Positions 22,520 through 33,643 of a stretch of 64,000 nt of DNA are shown piece by piece. The position numbers were made by a program, and so were the translations under genes. This stretch comes from Rebecca billardiae RCC1528. Taxonomy: Eukaryota > Protista > Haptophyta. The stretch covers positions 310,001 to 374,000 of the forward strand of contig OZ251241.1 in assembly GCA_965240325.2 (NCBI GenBank), given 5' to 3'. Every line of letters begins with the position of its first letter. Positions within the stretch are counted from its first letter, which is position 1. The notes below the pieces were generated by a model. The model had not been told where the DNA came from. It made no database searches and saw only the letters and a program-made list of their open reading frames with translations.

Positions 22520-23626
22520 CAAGGGTAGTAAGGGTGAGCAACTCCGCTGGCGACAGCCGCGAAGGTCGGCAGCCCTCTGTTTGCCGCGACGGCGGAGCGG
22601 AGCGAGTGCTATCAGCGGCGGAGGGCGCTGAGGCCGCGCACGGCGTGAGGCGCGGCGTCGGCCGAGTCGGTCCGCGGAGGATGCGCGGCGCTCGGCCCGC
22701 TGCGCAGCGGCAGTGCGCCTCACTTTGCCCCGAGCGCCGTCCGCCGCGTCGCCTCCTTCCCGCCTTGGAGCAGCACGCATGTGCGCGCCGCCACCTTGAA
22801 GGCGGCACGGGCTTGCTCAGACGACCGCGCGCGCGTGGCGCGCGACTTGGTCGGCTGCGCGCGCGCGCCGCCGCGGTGCAAGGTAGCGCCGCTGCATGCG
22901 CGCGCCGTGCCAGCGCGAGAGCGTGTGCGCGGACCTGAGTGCGACCTCACACACATGTCGAATGCTGCTTGGCATCCGACTTGCGGACTGACGGGAAGCT
23001 GGAAAAGACAGCGGCGTGAGTGTTGGTACCATCGATGCGGAGCCTTAGCGTCCACTTGCATTCGTGCTGAGAAGGAATAGACAAGACTAGGCCTTCGTCC
23101 TGGGTATCCAATGTCACTCAACACCTCGCTGATCGACCCGACGAGTGCCAGCGTGAGGCACAGCAAATCATTCGTGAGAGCAAGCAGACAAGCGAGCACC
23201 ACGCTCATGAGATGGCCGTGAGCAAAGGCTCGCGCGGGCACGGCGCGCGCATGTGGTGGCGCTACCTTGCACCGCGGCGGCGCGCGCGCGCAGCCGACCA
23301 AGTCGCGCGCCACGCGCGCGCGGTCGTCTGAGCAAGCCCGTGCCGCCTTCAAGGTGGCGGCGCGCACATGCGTGCTGCTCCAAGGCGGGAAGGAGGCGAC
23401 GCGGAGGACGGCGCTCGGGGCAAAGTGAGGCGCACTGCCGCTGCGCAGCGGGCCGAGCGCCGCGCATCCTCCGCGGACCGACTCGGCCGACGCCGCGCCT
23501 CACGCCGTGCGCGGCCTCAGCGCCCTCCGCCGCTGATAGCACTCGCTCCGCTCCGCTCGCGGCAAACAGAGGGCTGCCGACCTTCGCGGCTGTCGCCAGC
23601 GGAGTTGCTCACCCTTACTACCCTTG
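22520..23626. mobile_element. Foldback non-autonomous DNA transposon FB-1 (long TIRs, 7-bp TSD)
   Basis: Inverted arms 22520-22919 and 23229-23626, nearly identical, with a 309-bp spacer. Ends CAAGGGTAGTAAGGG...CCCTTACTACCCTTG. GCCTAAC directly repeated at 22513-22519 and 23627-23633. Confidence 0.85.
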
Positions 23627-23839
23627 GCCTAACCACCCGAGTGTAAAGCAAGGCCATCAGGTCTCCCGCGAGAGGCGGTGGCACCGGAGGTGACTGCCGC
23701 GGCGGCCGCACCCAGCCCCGCGCGTGCCGGCCCCGCCGCGTGTGCGCGCGTGCCGCGGGCCGGCGCTCGTACGCGCTCACACACCTTGCGTCGCGCCCTC
23801 TGGCCCGCCTGCTCCTCGCGGCAGCGCGCACCGCGCACG

Positions 23840-24785
23840 ATGACAGCCAGCGGAGAAGAGAGCTTGTACGACCTGCTCGGGGTCGACCGCACAGCTAGTA
23901 AGGGCGAGATCCGGAGAGCGTACCACAGACTCGCGGTTGTGTGCCACCCCGATAGGCACCCGGAGGACGAGCACGCGCAAGAGCGCTACGACGCACTGCA
24001 GCACATCAAGGTGTGCGCGCGTGCACCACTTTCCTCGCCCTGCCTGGTCGCTGAGCGCGCGTTCGGCGCGCCGTGTGCGTGCGCGCGGTCCGGCCGCGGC
24101 CGGCGTCCCGGCGTCGCAGGCGTGTCTGCTTGACGACGAGAGACGGGCGATCTACGACGAGACCGGCATCATCGACGAGGAGGACGGCTTTGATGCGTCG
24201 CAGTTTGAGGGCGAGCCGTTCCGCGCCCTGTTCGAGTGGTTCGGCGAGGCGGAGAGGGCAGTCGAGGCGGACGAGGTGCTCGTGGACGAGTTCGAGGTGG
24301 AGTACCGGGGAAGCGTGGACGAGCTCGCCGACCTCGTCGCCTTCTACCTGCAGTTCGGCGGGCGGATGGACGGCGTTGTCGACTACATCCCGTATGCGGA
24401 CGACTCCGACCTCGCACGGTTCAGAGCGATTCTTGACGACGAGATCAGCGGCGGCAGGCTGCAGCCGACAAAGGCGTACCGCGCGTTCGAGCCGCCCGAC
24501 GGGCCAACGACCGCCAAGGTCGTCGCGCGCGCCAAGGCCAAGCTGGCTGCGGCGAAGCGCGCGCGCGCGTCCGCGCTCAAGGCGGCCGAGGAGGCGGAGG
24601 GCCCCCCGGCAGATGTGTTCGCGCTCATCCAGGACAGGCAAGTGCCGCGCGACAAAGTGGCGGTCGTCGCGAACAGCAACAACAACGCGGACGCCGTAGA
24701 GACCTCCAAGAACGCCAAGAAGGAAGGGAAGGCCGCCGGGAGGGGCCTTGGCAGCAAGAAGAGCAAGGCCAAGGCGGCGGCCTAG
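23840..24785 (+). CDS. DnaJ-domain protein, DNAJC9-like (exons 23840-24010 and 24120-24785)
   Basis: LYDLLGV...EIRRAYHRLAVVCHPDR (HPD motif). A GT-AG intron at 24011-24119 joins to LLDDERRAIYDETG...FEVEYRGSVDELADL..FY....G.M (DNAJC9 pattern). Confidence 0.85.
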
Positions 24786-25123
24786 GCGCACAGTCCGTCA
24801 CTCAGCATCGGAAAGATTCGATTGCTGGTGGCGCGAAAGCTGCGCACGGGCGCGGACGCAGGCCTGCGCCCCAATAAGTTATTCACTCCGGTCTTGCGTC
24901 GCCTCGCGAGAGCGCAGCTGCTCGGCGTGGCGCGCGGCTGCGGCACACGTCGATCGATGTGCCATCCTGAGCGACCAACGGTGTCCGTGCGGGGCGCGGG
25001 GCACGTCGCGGCGCTGCTGCCACGGACGGTCCGCGGGACTTTGAGCTAGGGCTTAGGCAAGCCATATCAGATACGATGATGCATTAGTTAGGTGCCAGCA
25101 AGCCACATCATGGCGATCGACAT

Positions 25124-25125
25124 AT

Positions 25126-25170
<45 letters not shown>

Positions 25171-25176
25171 TATATA
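25124..25176. repeat. (TA)n/(TACA) microsatellite
   Basis: Direct inspection. Confidence 0.9.
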
Positions 25177-26884
25177 CAGGGGTCTCAACAATTCACTGAA
25201 ACGTCACATTCTGACTGAGCTGCACGCCACTGCTCACCCTGCCCCCCTGGGCTGATCCAGGCGGCCCCCACGGCCCGTGCACGACGGTTTCGACCCAGCG
25301 CGTCAGCCCCAGCGCGCGTGGGCTGGAGTTGGGCACACCAGCAGGTCACACGGCTGCAGGCGTACAGCCTGTCGCAGCTGGCCAGATCCTGCCGCAGGCT
25401 TGTCGTCACTGGTCGCGGGCAGTGTGCCCACACAGACCAGGCCTAAATTGTGCTTGGCAGTGGATCTGGTACCCCCTAGGGAGGGCTGCATGCCACATGG
25501 GGGGGAGCTCATGGGATGCAGCTGCAGTGGCACAGTGCCCAATCCCGCGCCCCCACCTGCGCAAGGACCTGTCGCGGGTCAGCTCCCCTGCACTGGGAGG
25601 CCAGCAGCAGCACCCGCTGACACACCCAGAGGGTGCGGCCAGCCACCCGACTTGAGGGGGCTGGAGTGGGGCTGGTGCAGCCAAGAGCTCTGCAGCCTAG
25701 CTGCTGGTGGCTGGCCTGCATGGATTTTCAAGCTGACCACCCACTGCTGCCTGCCGCACCCGGCCTCGCTGCACCCACCTGGGCTGCTGCACATGCTCAA
25801 TGCGCACTCTGGATTGACCAAGGGCGCGAAAGGGGGTCGCTCGCTAAGCCCCACCCGCTCCGGCCAGCATGGCTGCCTGGCCGGCGGCGGCGTGCTCAAG
25901 CGAGCCGTAAGCCGGGAATCCACGCGCTGGCGGTGCGGTTTTGGCGGCGCAGGTGGCCTCGCAGGTCGCCTGCAGGTATGCTCAGAGCCTTAGGACAGGT
26001 TGGTGGCCCCCAACCCCAGGCTCCTTGTCGCTGCTTGCCGACTGCAAGCGATCACGCGTCGACCGTGCAATCCCGCGTGCACGCGGCCCAACGTAGGGTG
26101 CTGCACATGCTAGCAGATGGTGAAGGGGGGTCGCCCGCCACGCAGACGTCCTCGGAGAGGACGTCGACCCCCGTGCGTCGTCTCGATCCCGACCTCTCCA
26201 GCCCAGGCTTGCGTGCTTCCTAATATGCAATGACATACGAACAACCATAGGCATTTCAAAATGTTATCTCGACTTTTGGGCTAGAACTTCACATTGTCCG
26301 TGGCTCTCTGGGCAGCAGGCCTTCAGCGACTCCTTGCGGGACAACGCCCAATCAAGGCGACGCACGGGGGTCGACGTCCTCTCCGAGGACGTCTGCGTGG
26401 CGGGCGACCCCGCTTCACCATCTGCTGGCATGTGCAGCACCCTACGTTGGGCCGCGTGCAACGCGGGACCGCACGGTCGACGCGTGATCGCTTGCAGTCG
26501 GCAAGCAGCGACAAGGAGCCGGGGTTGCGGGCCACCAAGCTGTCCTAAGGCCCTGAGCATACCTGCAGGCGACCTGCGAGGCCACCTGCGCCGCCAAAAC
26601 CGCACCGCCAGCGCGTGGATTCCCGGCTTACGGCTCGCTTGAGCACGCCGCCGCCGGCCAGGCAGCCATGCTGGCCGGAGCGGGTGGGGCTTAGCGAGCG
26701 ACCCCCTTTCGCGCCCTTGGTCAATGGCACCACAGCCCAGCATGGAGAGCTGGCCAAGCAGCCACCCACTCGTCAGAATGGCCAGGGAGTGGGCTGTGCT
26801 AGACCACATCTAGCCAGGCAATCAAGTGCTCACATGCCTGTCCAGCGGCACAAACAGAGATACAGCTAATTGTTGAGACCCCGC

Positions 26885-26887
<3 letters not shown>
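25177..26887. mobile_element. Tc1/mariner-type non-autonomous element inserted in (TA)n, carrying nested FB-2
   Basis: TIRs CAGGGGTCTCAACAATT (25177) and AATTGTTGAGACCCCGCCTG (to 26887), with TA repeats on both sides. No transposase ORF. Confidence 0.7.
25819..26719. mobile_element. Foldback element FB-2 (same CAAGGG-terminus family)
   Basis: Inverted arms about 25819-26187 and 26351-26719 with a spacer of about 163 bp. Ends CAAGGGCGCGAAAGGG...CCCTTTCGCGCCCTTG. Confidence 0.8.

Positions 26888-26967
<80 letters not shown>
26888..26967. repeat. (TA)n microsatellite, about 40 units
   Basis: Direct inspection. Confidence 0.95.
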
Positions 26968-26970
<3 letters not shown>

Positions 26971-28666
26971 ATGACAGTGTTATAATTATAATATTACTAT
27001 ACTGAGCGCAGGACGCGGCTACGGAGGCGATGGGGGCCGCGCGCTTGGGCCGCTTGAAGTCCAGTGCGCTACCGGCCACTGCATGTATATACGGCTGCGA
27101 GTTAATTCTCCTGCTGCTACTACTGCGCGCGGCCGCGGTACCTAAGTCACGCGCTATTAAGTATAAGCAGTGGTCTGATCAGCTTTAGCTTAGTAGGTCC
27201 AACGCACCAGGCCGGCAGCGGCCGCGGCGCGGTCACTTAGCACTCAATTAGCAGACTCAGTCAGTCAGCACCGGGACGTTTAATAAATTCGTTTAGGCTT
27301 ATAGCTTAATTCCAGGGTGAAGAATCCGCCTGTGCCAATTTGAATTTCAGATCGTCTGATCGACTGCCAAAATGTGATCTATCATAGGGCTCCGCGGTGC
27401 GATTCTGGTACAAATAGCGAGATCACCTTGATGGAGATCGTATATCTCCACTACTAATGTTGCCGAGATCGCGTCAGAGATTCGGAGGTCGTATATCTCC
27501 ATAGCGTATGTTTATATATAAATTATGTGACGACATTTTTTCGTCGCAAAACTTGTCGTCAGCGTGACCCCAGGTCATTATTATTTTAGGCGCGGCGAAT
27601 ATTATTGACATCCCGAAGTTTGCCAGAGCCTCATCTCAATCAAGACGACTCCGACACAAAGTTATATTGGATTTTGGGCCATGCACACACGACCCCACAC
27701 TGGCCATGTTGGGGCTCTGATGACCCCGCAGCCTCTACTATATATATTCACTAGCTAGAGAGAGAGAGACTAGAGAGAGAGAGTAGTAGTCGCGTATACT
27801 ATACTGTTACTGCTGCGTAATAATAACACCTCCGTATATATAGTAGTAGCTAACGACTGCTATACGTACTGCTATAGTTATAGTATATAGTTCTGATGAT
27901 GCTGCGTCTCGGACTCGGTATCGGCGCCAGCGCCCCGAGTACAGGCAATCGCGGGCAATAAGGAGCTGTCACGTTAAGAAACTGGGGCTTGCTATCTGCG
28001 GATCTGGCCTAGAAACTGAGACTAGCGATTGGCTGGTTCGCTATACGCATAGTCACACTAAGAAACCGGGACTATGTCGTCGCGGCTGACGAGTGGTCCG
28101 CCGCTGAGGCGCAGTGCCCATGGGACCGGCGGCGCGCGGCCCGACTACGAGTACAGGCCAAGGATTCCCGACGACTTCTCCTGATGACTGACTCCTGCCC
28201 CTGGCCAGTGCACCGCAGCATCCATGCAACATCATGCCAGATTTGCTCCAAAATGGCCCAGCATCAAATGTTTTCTTCGGCCTCGCCGGCCGGGCCTAAA
28301 GACTCAGCGGGGGCGGCTCAGCCCCCCTGCACCCCCCGCGCCTGCGCGGCGGGCGGACCTAGCTAAGAAACTGAGACTCCGTAGGCGGTCGGGCTACCGA
28401 ACGGCTATAAGAAACCGAGACTAGCCGTGAGATCTCTGACTTCTTATATACTACTTATTGCCCGCGATTGCCTGTAGCGTCATCATCGATTCCGTCCGAT
28501 ATCGACTACGCTGGCTCGTCAGATCGTCATCTATATTCTATCCCTGGCCCCGGGTATCCCGGGGCGCTATATAGCGCTAGCTACTTAAGTGCCGACGAAA
28601 GGGCAAAGGCGCGCGCGCTTAAGGAGCGGATAGCGCATCCGATGATCAGTAGACAGTGCAGCCGCA

Positions 28667-31033
28667 CTACTGCTCTGCTGACTCCATATCGTCCATCTGT
28701 GCCTGCAGCGCCTCGATGCGCCGCGTGAGCTCGGACTGGACGTGCGTGTGCTGCTCGACAGTCGCGCGCCGGTCGACGAGGCTGACCTCCGCCATGTAGT
28801 CGACGCGCGACGTCGACGTGATGGCGGGCAGCCGCCCGCTGCTGCCCGCCGTCTGCACCGACGGCCCCTCAGACCGTCGCGCAGCAGGCTTGGGCGAGGG
28901 CATGCCCCGAGGCGAGCGGAGCGGCTCGTCCTCGTCGTCGGTGTTCCCGAACGCGCCGTTGAGCAGCACCGACTCCTCGAGGGCCACGCGCGTGCGCGAC
29001 TCGTCCGGCGCGCCCTCGTCCGGCGCGCGCGTCTCGCGTGTCGCCACGTCCGTCAGCAGCGACTCGGCGCGCGACGGCAGGACTGGGTCGAAGTGGTCCG
29101 CTGCCTGCAGGGCCGCGTCAGAGCCTAGCCTCAGGGCCGCCGGGCCCGCGTTCGACGCCGAGCGCGCAGACTCAGCGGTGCTCGCCGTGGTCGCCGCCGC
29201 GCCGGTCGCACGCGCGCCACCCGCCGTGGCATGCGCATCGTCAGGAGGCGCGCCGCCCTTGGCCGCGCGCGACGACGACACGCGCTCGAGAGCCGTGTTG
29301 GCCGCAGCGGCGTTGGTGGCGGCCGAGGGCTCCGAGCCACGCCGCTCGGAGCCACGTCGCTTGGCGACGGCCGGGGAGGACTCGGCGCCCGCGCCGCCCC
29401 GGGCGGGCGGGCTCGCCGTGGGCGCCGCAGGCGCGCCATCCGACGGTGCCTGCTGCTGCTGCTGCGGCGGCGGCGGCGGCACGGCTGGCACAGAGGAGCG
29501 CTTGCGTGCGAGCCGGCCCGCCGGCGCAGAGGCAGAGGCGGTCGCCGCGGCCGCGCCACCCGGCTGCGACGTCTGCACGGTGGCCACGAGCGAGGCGCGG
29601 CCTTTGCCCACCGCCGGGAGCTTGGCGCCGCCGGCGGGCGCCGTGCCGTGCATCGGCTTGCCCTCCTGCTTGGCGGCCGTGCCAGCCGGGGCGGCGCGCG
29701 TCACGCGACGCTCCGGCCAGCCCGGCTCGTGCGTCGCCCATGGGCGCGGCGGTGGCGCCGGCGGCAGCGGGTGACAGCCGGGGAGCGCGAGGTGCGGCAT
29801 GGCGAGCGCGCGCGCGAGGAGCGCCTCGGCGCTCAGAGCCGGCTCGCGCTTCGCCCCGCGCCGCGCCGCCGCGCCCTTGCCCCCCTGTGCCCCCGCCGAG
29901 CCGCCCACGCCCCCCTCCTGCCGCCCGGTGCCGTCCGCCGGGCGGCCACCATCGGGCTCCGAGCCGAAGGAGGCGTGGGCGCGGACGGAGGAATCCATCG
30001 ACGTGGCGGCGAACTCGAGCGAGCACTCGACGCACACGCCGACGGCCTGCTGCAGGAAGTACGGCGACGACTCCTTGCGCAGCCGCTTGTACTTGCCGCG
30101 GTTGAGCGCGATGCCGCCGAGCTGCGGCGCGCCGCCCGCCGCCTCGGCCGCCGCCTGCTCGGCGCCCGCCGCCAGCAGCGCATACACCGCCTCTTCAAGC
30201 GGGTCGTCCAGCCGGTCGTCGAGGTAGTCCGAGTCCGGGTCGGCGCGGCGCGAGCGGAAGCTCGCCGCGCCGTTCGCGCGCCGCGCGTGCGAGCCGAACG
30301 AGCGCGAGCCCGCCGCGCCGAAGACAGCGCGCGCCTCCAGCTCTCGGTCCCACTGCCGGCGCGCGCCGCCCGCCGAGGTGAGCGCGGTGCGCGCGGAGCC
30401 GTGCAGCGAGCGGCGGTGGGTGCCGCTGTCCACGCTGTCGGCGACGGTCGCCATGTCCGACATGGTGATGGCGGAGCCGGCGACCGAGCTCTGCCGCTTG
30501 AAGCCGAGCAGCTGCCCGTCCGCGCCGCCGCCCCCGCTGTGCGAGCTGCCATCCGCGCTGCCGCTCGCGCCCTCGCCGCCGTCGTCGACCAGAATACCTG
30601 GCGCGCCCGCTGCCGAAGCTGCCTGGCCGGCGCCCTTGCCGTGCGAGTAGGACAGGCGGCGCGAGAGGCGCTCCTTCTTGCTGCGCAGCTTGCGCTTGGG
30701 CGCGCCGCCCGCGCTGCCGGCGAGGAGCGCGTCGGCGCGCGAGGTGAGCACATCGAGCTGGCCCACCGCTCCCTCAGTCAGGAGTGCGGGCGCGGGCGCG
30801 GCGCTCGGCGCGGGCTGATGGTCGGCGGGCATGGCGGCGGCCGCGGCGGGAGCGGAGCTGCCCGCCGGGTCGTCGGTAGCGGCCGAGGCGGCGGGCGCCG
30901 ACGCCTCGGCAGCAGCGGGGCCATCGGCAGCCGCGGCTGGGCTCCCTTGCCCCTTCGAACGATCGGCGATCAGCGCGTCCACCGACCTGGGCCCGGCCGT
31001 GCGCTCGGCGCCGCCGCCGGCCCAGCTCGGGGA

Positions 31034-31080
<47 letters not shown>

Positions 31081-33226
31081 TGGCATCCGGCCCGACGCCG
31101 AACACGGCGGCAGCGGCGTTGGCGTCGCCCAGGCTCGCGCCGCCGTCCGCGAGCATCCCGTCCGGCACCTCCGCGTCCGTGTGCGGGCCGATCGACGGCG
31201 CGACCCTCGAGAGAAACGCCACGGTGCGCGGCACGTCCGCGGTGCGAATCGAGAGCTGGCCACGCCGCTTGGGGGAGGAGGCGCGAGCGCCGCCGCGCGC
31301 GGACGCGACGCTCGGCGTCGGCGGCACGGCCGGCGGCGCGGCGTCGGGCGGGAGGAGCGTGAGCGCGCTCGTCCTTGCCGGCGCGTCGCCGCCGCCGCCG
31401 CCGCCCGCCTCGTGCGCCGCGTCCTCGCCGACCGCCTCGTCGTCCGCGCCGCCGCCCGCGCTCTGCAGCGCGGCCGCGACCGTGTGCACGTGGGTGATCG
31501 CGGTGGCGTAGCTCACCTCGCAGCGCCAGGTCGACCGGAACACGTTGGCGCAGACGGGGCAGCGGTAGTACGTGGGCGGCAGCCGGCAGAGCGGCGAGAA
31601 TTGCGGGTCCTGCCGCGAGCGCGCGCGCGGCCGACGCACGGCGGGCGGGGTGGCGGCGGGCGCGCGGCGTGAGCGGCGGGCGCGAGCGCGCAGAGGCGCG
31701 CGCGCGGCGCGCGCCGTGCGCTCGCGCGCGGCGCGGCGCGCTCGCGCACCCGCGCGTGCGCCGTGCTCGGCCGCCGCTCGTTCGGGTGCACCAGCTCGTC
31801 CACGTCGACGCGCGTGAGCTGCAGGTCGGGGCAGTAGAGGAAGCGCAGCGAGCCGTCTGCCGAGGGCGCGTAGTAGGAAGTCATCGAGTGCACGCGGTAC
31901 TGCGACGGGAGCAGCGCGTTCACGTGGCGCTCGAGGGACGCGGCGCAGCGCAGGGCCTGCCGGCGGACGGAGGACTGCGGCTGCAGCTCCACCAGCCTCG
32001 AGCCGTGCGCGTGCCCGTCGAAGGTCGCGCACCGGTCGACGAGCGGCAGCCGGCGGTTACTCAGGTGTGCGTGCGCGACGCGGTTCTCAATCGTCGTGAG
32101 CGCGCCGGACTTGACCGCGCGCACCACGGTCGCGCGCCCGCCGGGCGGCGGCTCGAACGTCTGCAGCAGGCCGTTGTGCACCTTCTGCCGGTTGTAGATG
32201 AAGTCGCGCAGCGTCTCCTGCGCGGTGGACGGCGCGCGCGGCGCGTGCGAGGGCGCGGGCGAGTGCTCAGCTCAGCAGCGCGCGAGAAGCCCACGCCGTG
32301 CCGGCCACCCCTTGGCGTGCAGCTCGGCGGCCCGATCGCGCGCGGCGGGCACGCTCGCGCCCTCTCCGTGCGACAGGCACGCCGCCCCTCCGCCCCGCCC
32401 GTTGGCGCGCCGCGCGTGCGCGCGTGCGCCCTCCGCCCGCCCTCCGCCCGCCCTCCGCCCGCCCTCCGCCCGCCCTCCGCCCGCCCTCCGCCCGCCCTCC
32501 GCCCGGCCGCACCTCGTCAAAGTACTCGGTGACGACGCGCGCGCGCGCGGTCGAGCCGGCGGGCGGGAGGACGGTGTACACGTACAGCGCGCAGACGTCG
32601 CTCTTGTGCGCGCGCGCCGCGTCGCGGAACGCGCGCATCACCGCGCCCGGGTCGATCCCCTCCGACTGCACGAGCTGCAGCGCGCCGGACCCGTCTGAGG
32701 CCGGCTGGTACCAGCAGTGGGGCCGCATGAAGCGGAAGGTGACGGTCTCGGCGCACTTGACGCCGGCGGAGGTGCGCGCGCTGGAGGTGGAGATGTACCG
32801 GTACAGCTCCTCCAGCCACGACACGTGCTCCACCGCCGCGCCCATCGGCACCTTCGTCTTCCGGCTCGCGGCGGCGAGGCCGAGGCCTTCCATGAAGTCA
32901 AACACACCCTCCTTGTCGCCGTCGAGCGCGCTGAGCTCGTGCACGTACGCGTTCTGGGTGCGCGGCTCGGAGAGCTGGCGCCGCTGCGACACGCTCCCGC
33001 CCGAGCGCGAGTCGATCCGTCGGCCCGGCACGATCGCGCTGTCGCGCTCCTGCATCACGCCGCGGTACCGGCGGAACGACGCCGTCCCTTCCGGGTCGAC
33101 GCGGCTCTGGCGGTCGCCGGCCGAGCGCGCGCCCACCCGCGCGGACGCGTCCATCGTCGTCGACGCGAATGATGCGCGCGCGCCGCCGCCGTGCTGCGCT
33201 TCGGGTGGCGGCGCTTCCGTCGCCAT
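28667..33226 (-). CDS. Large uncharacterised protein, 3 exons (33226-32513, 32217-31750, 31609-28667)
   Basis: Phase-0 GT-AG introns at 32512-32218 and 31749-31610 join three ORF segments in frame (VVTEYFDE|ETLRDFIYNRQKVHNGLLQTFEPP...|DPQFSPL). Cys motifs CPVC and VCVEC; low-complexity C-terminus. Confidence 0.7.
32428..32504. repeat. 11-bp intronic minisatellite (GCCCTCCGCCC)x7
   Basis: Tandem copies just inside the 5' end of intron 1. Confidence 0.9.
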
Positions 33227-33500
33227 GCGCCGTGGACGCCTCGCCCCTACCACGAGCGTGGGCCCATAGCCATCGTCATGGCCACAGCTTATGCAACACA
33301 CCTCCGGAGTGCCGGCGAGTAACAGCTCGCGCGCGCCGGACTCTCGCCGCCGCGGTGGCAGAAAATGGTTCGCGTTTTTTTTTTGGTGGCGCGATTGGGC
33401 GCGAAGCTCAGGGGCGTTCCCCGCATCGGTCATACGCCAAATTGAACCGTCTTCCTATTGGAACGGGCTTCGTCCATTTGAAGCGGGTACATTGAATACG

Positions 33501-33539
33501 GAAAAAGGCAAAGCCCCCCCAGGGGGGGCTTTGCTTTTC
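33501..33539. promoter_or_regulatory. Palindrome in divergent promoter
   Basis: GCAAAGCCCCCCC-A-GGGGGGGCTTTGC (33508-33534), extended by GAAAA/TTTTC, between starts at 33226(-) and 33644(+). Function is inferred only. Confidence 0.4.
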
Positions 33540-33643
33540 GGGAGCGTGTGGCAGGATCCCGGGAACGCCCTTGCTCGGCGGCACGCTTTCAGCTTGCCGA
33601 GCGAGCGCCGAGCGGCGGCGGTCTCGGACGCGCCGCACGAGCC

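Noticed and set aside
22534-23693. Duplicated ORFs on opposite strands (also at 25277-26809 and 53724-55076)
   Set aside because: Produced by the inverted arms of the foldback elements; no transposase motifs.
26822-27079. IYIYIY-containing ORFs (also 42393-42731 and 45965-46441)
   Set aside because: Translations of (TA)n microsatellites.
27960-28430. CRISPR-like reading of the repeated AGAAAC.GAGACT motif
   Set aside because: Repeats are short, degenerate and irregularly spaced; no cas genes; eukaryotic context.
29231-31672. Many long Arg/Ala-rich overlapping ORFs here and across the window (e.g. 3034-4629, 33455-35281, 55096-57129, 60161-61921, 63126-63983)
   Set aside because: Expected stop-poor alternative frames in very GC-rich coding DNA; no domain motifs.
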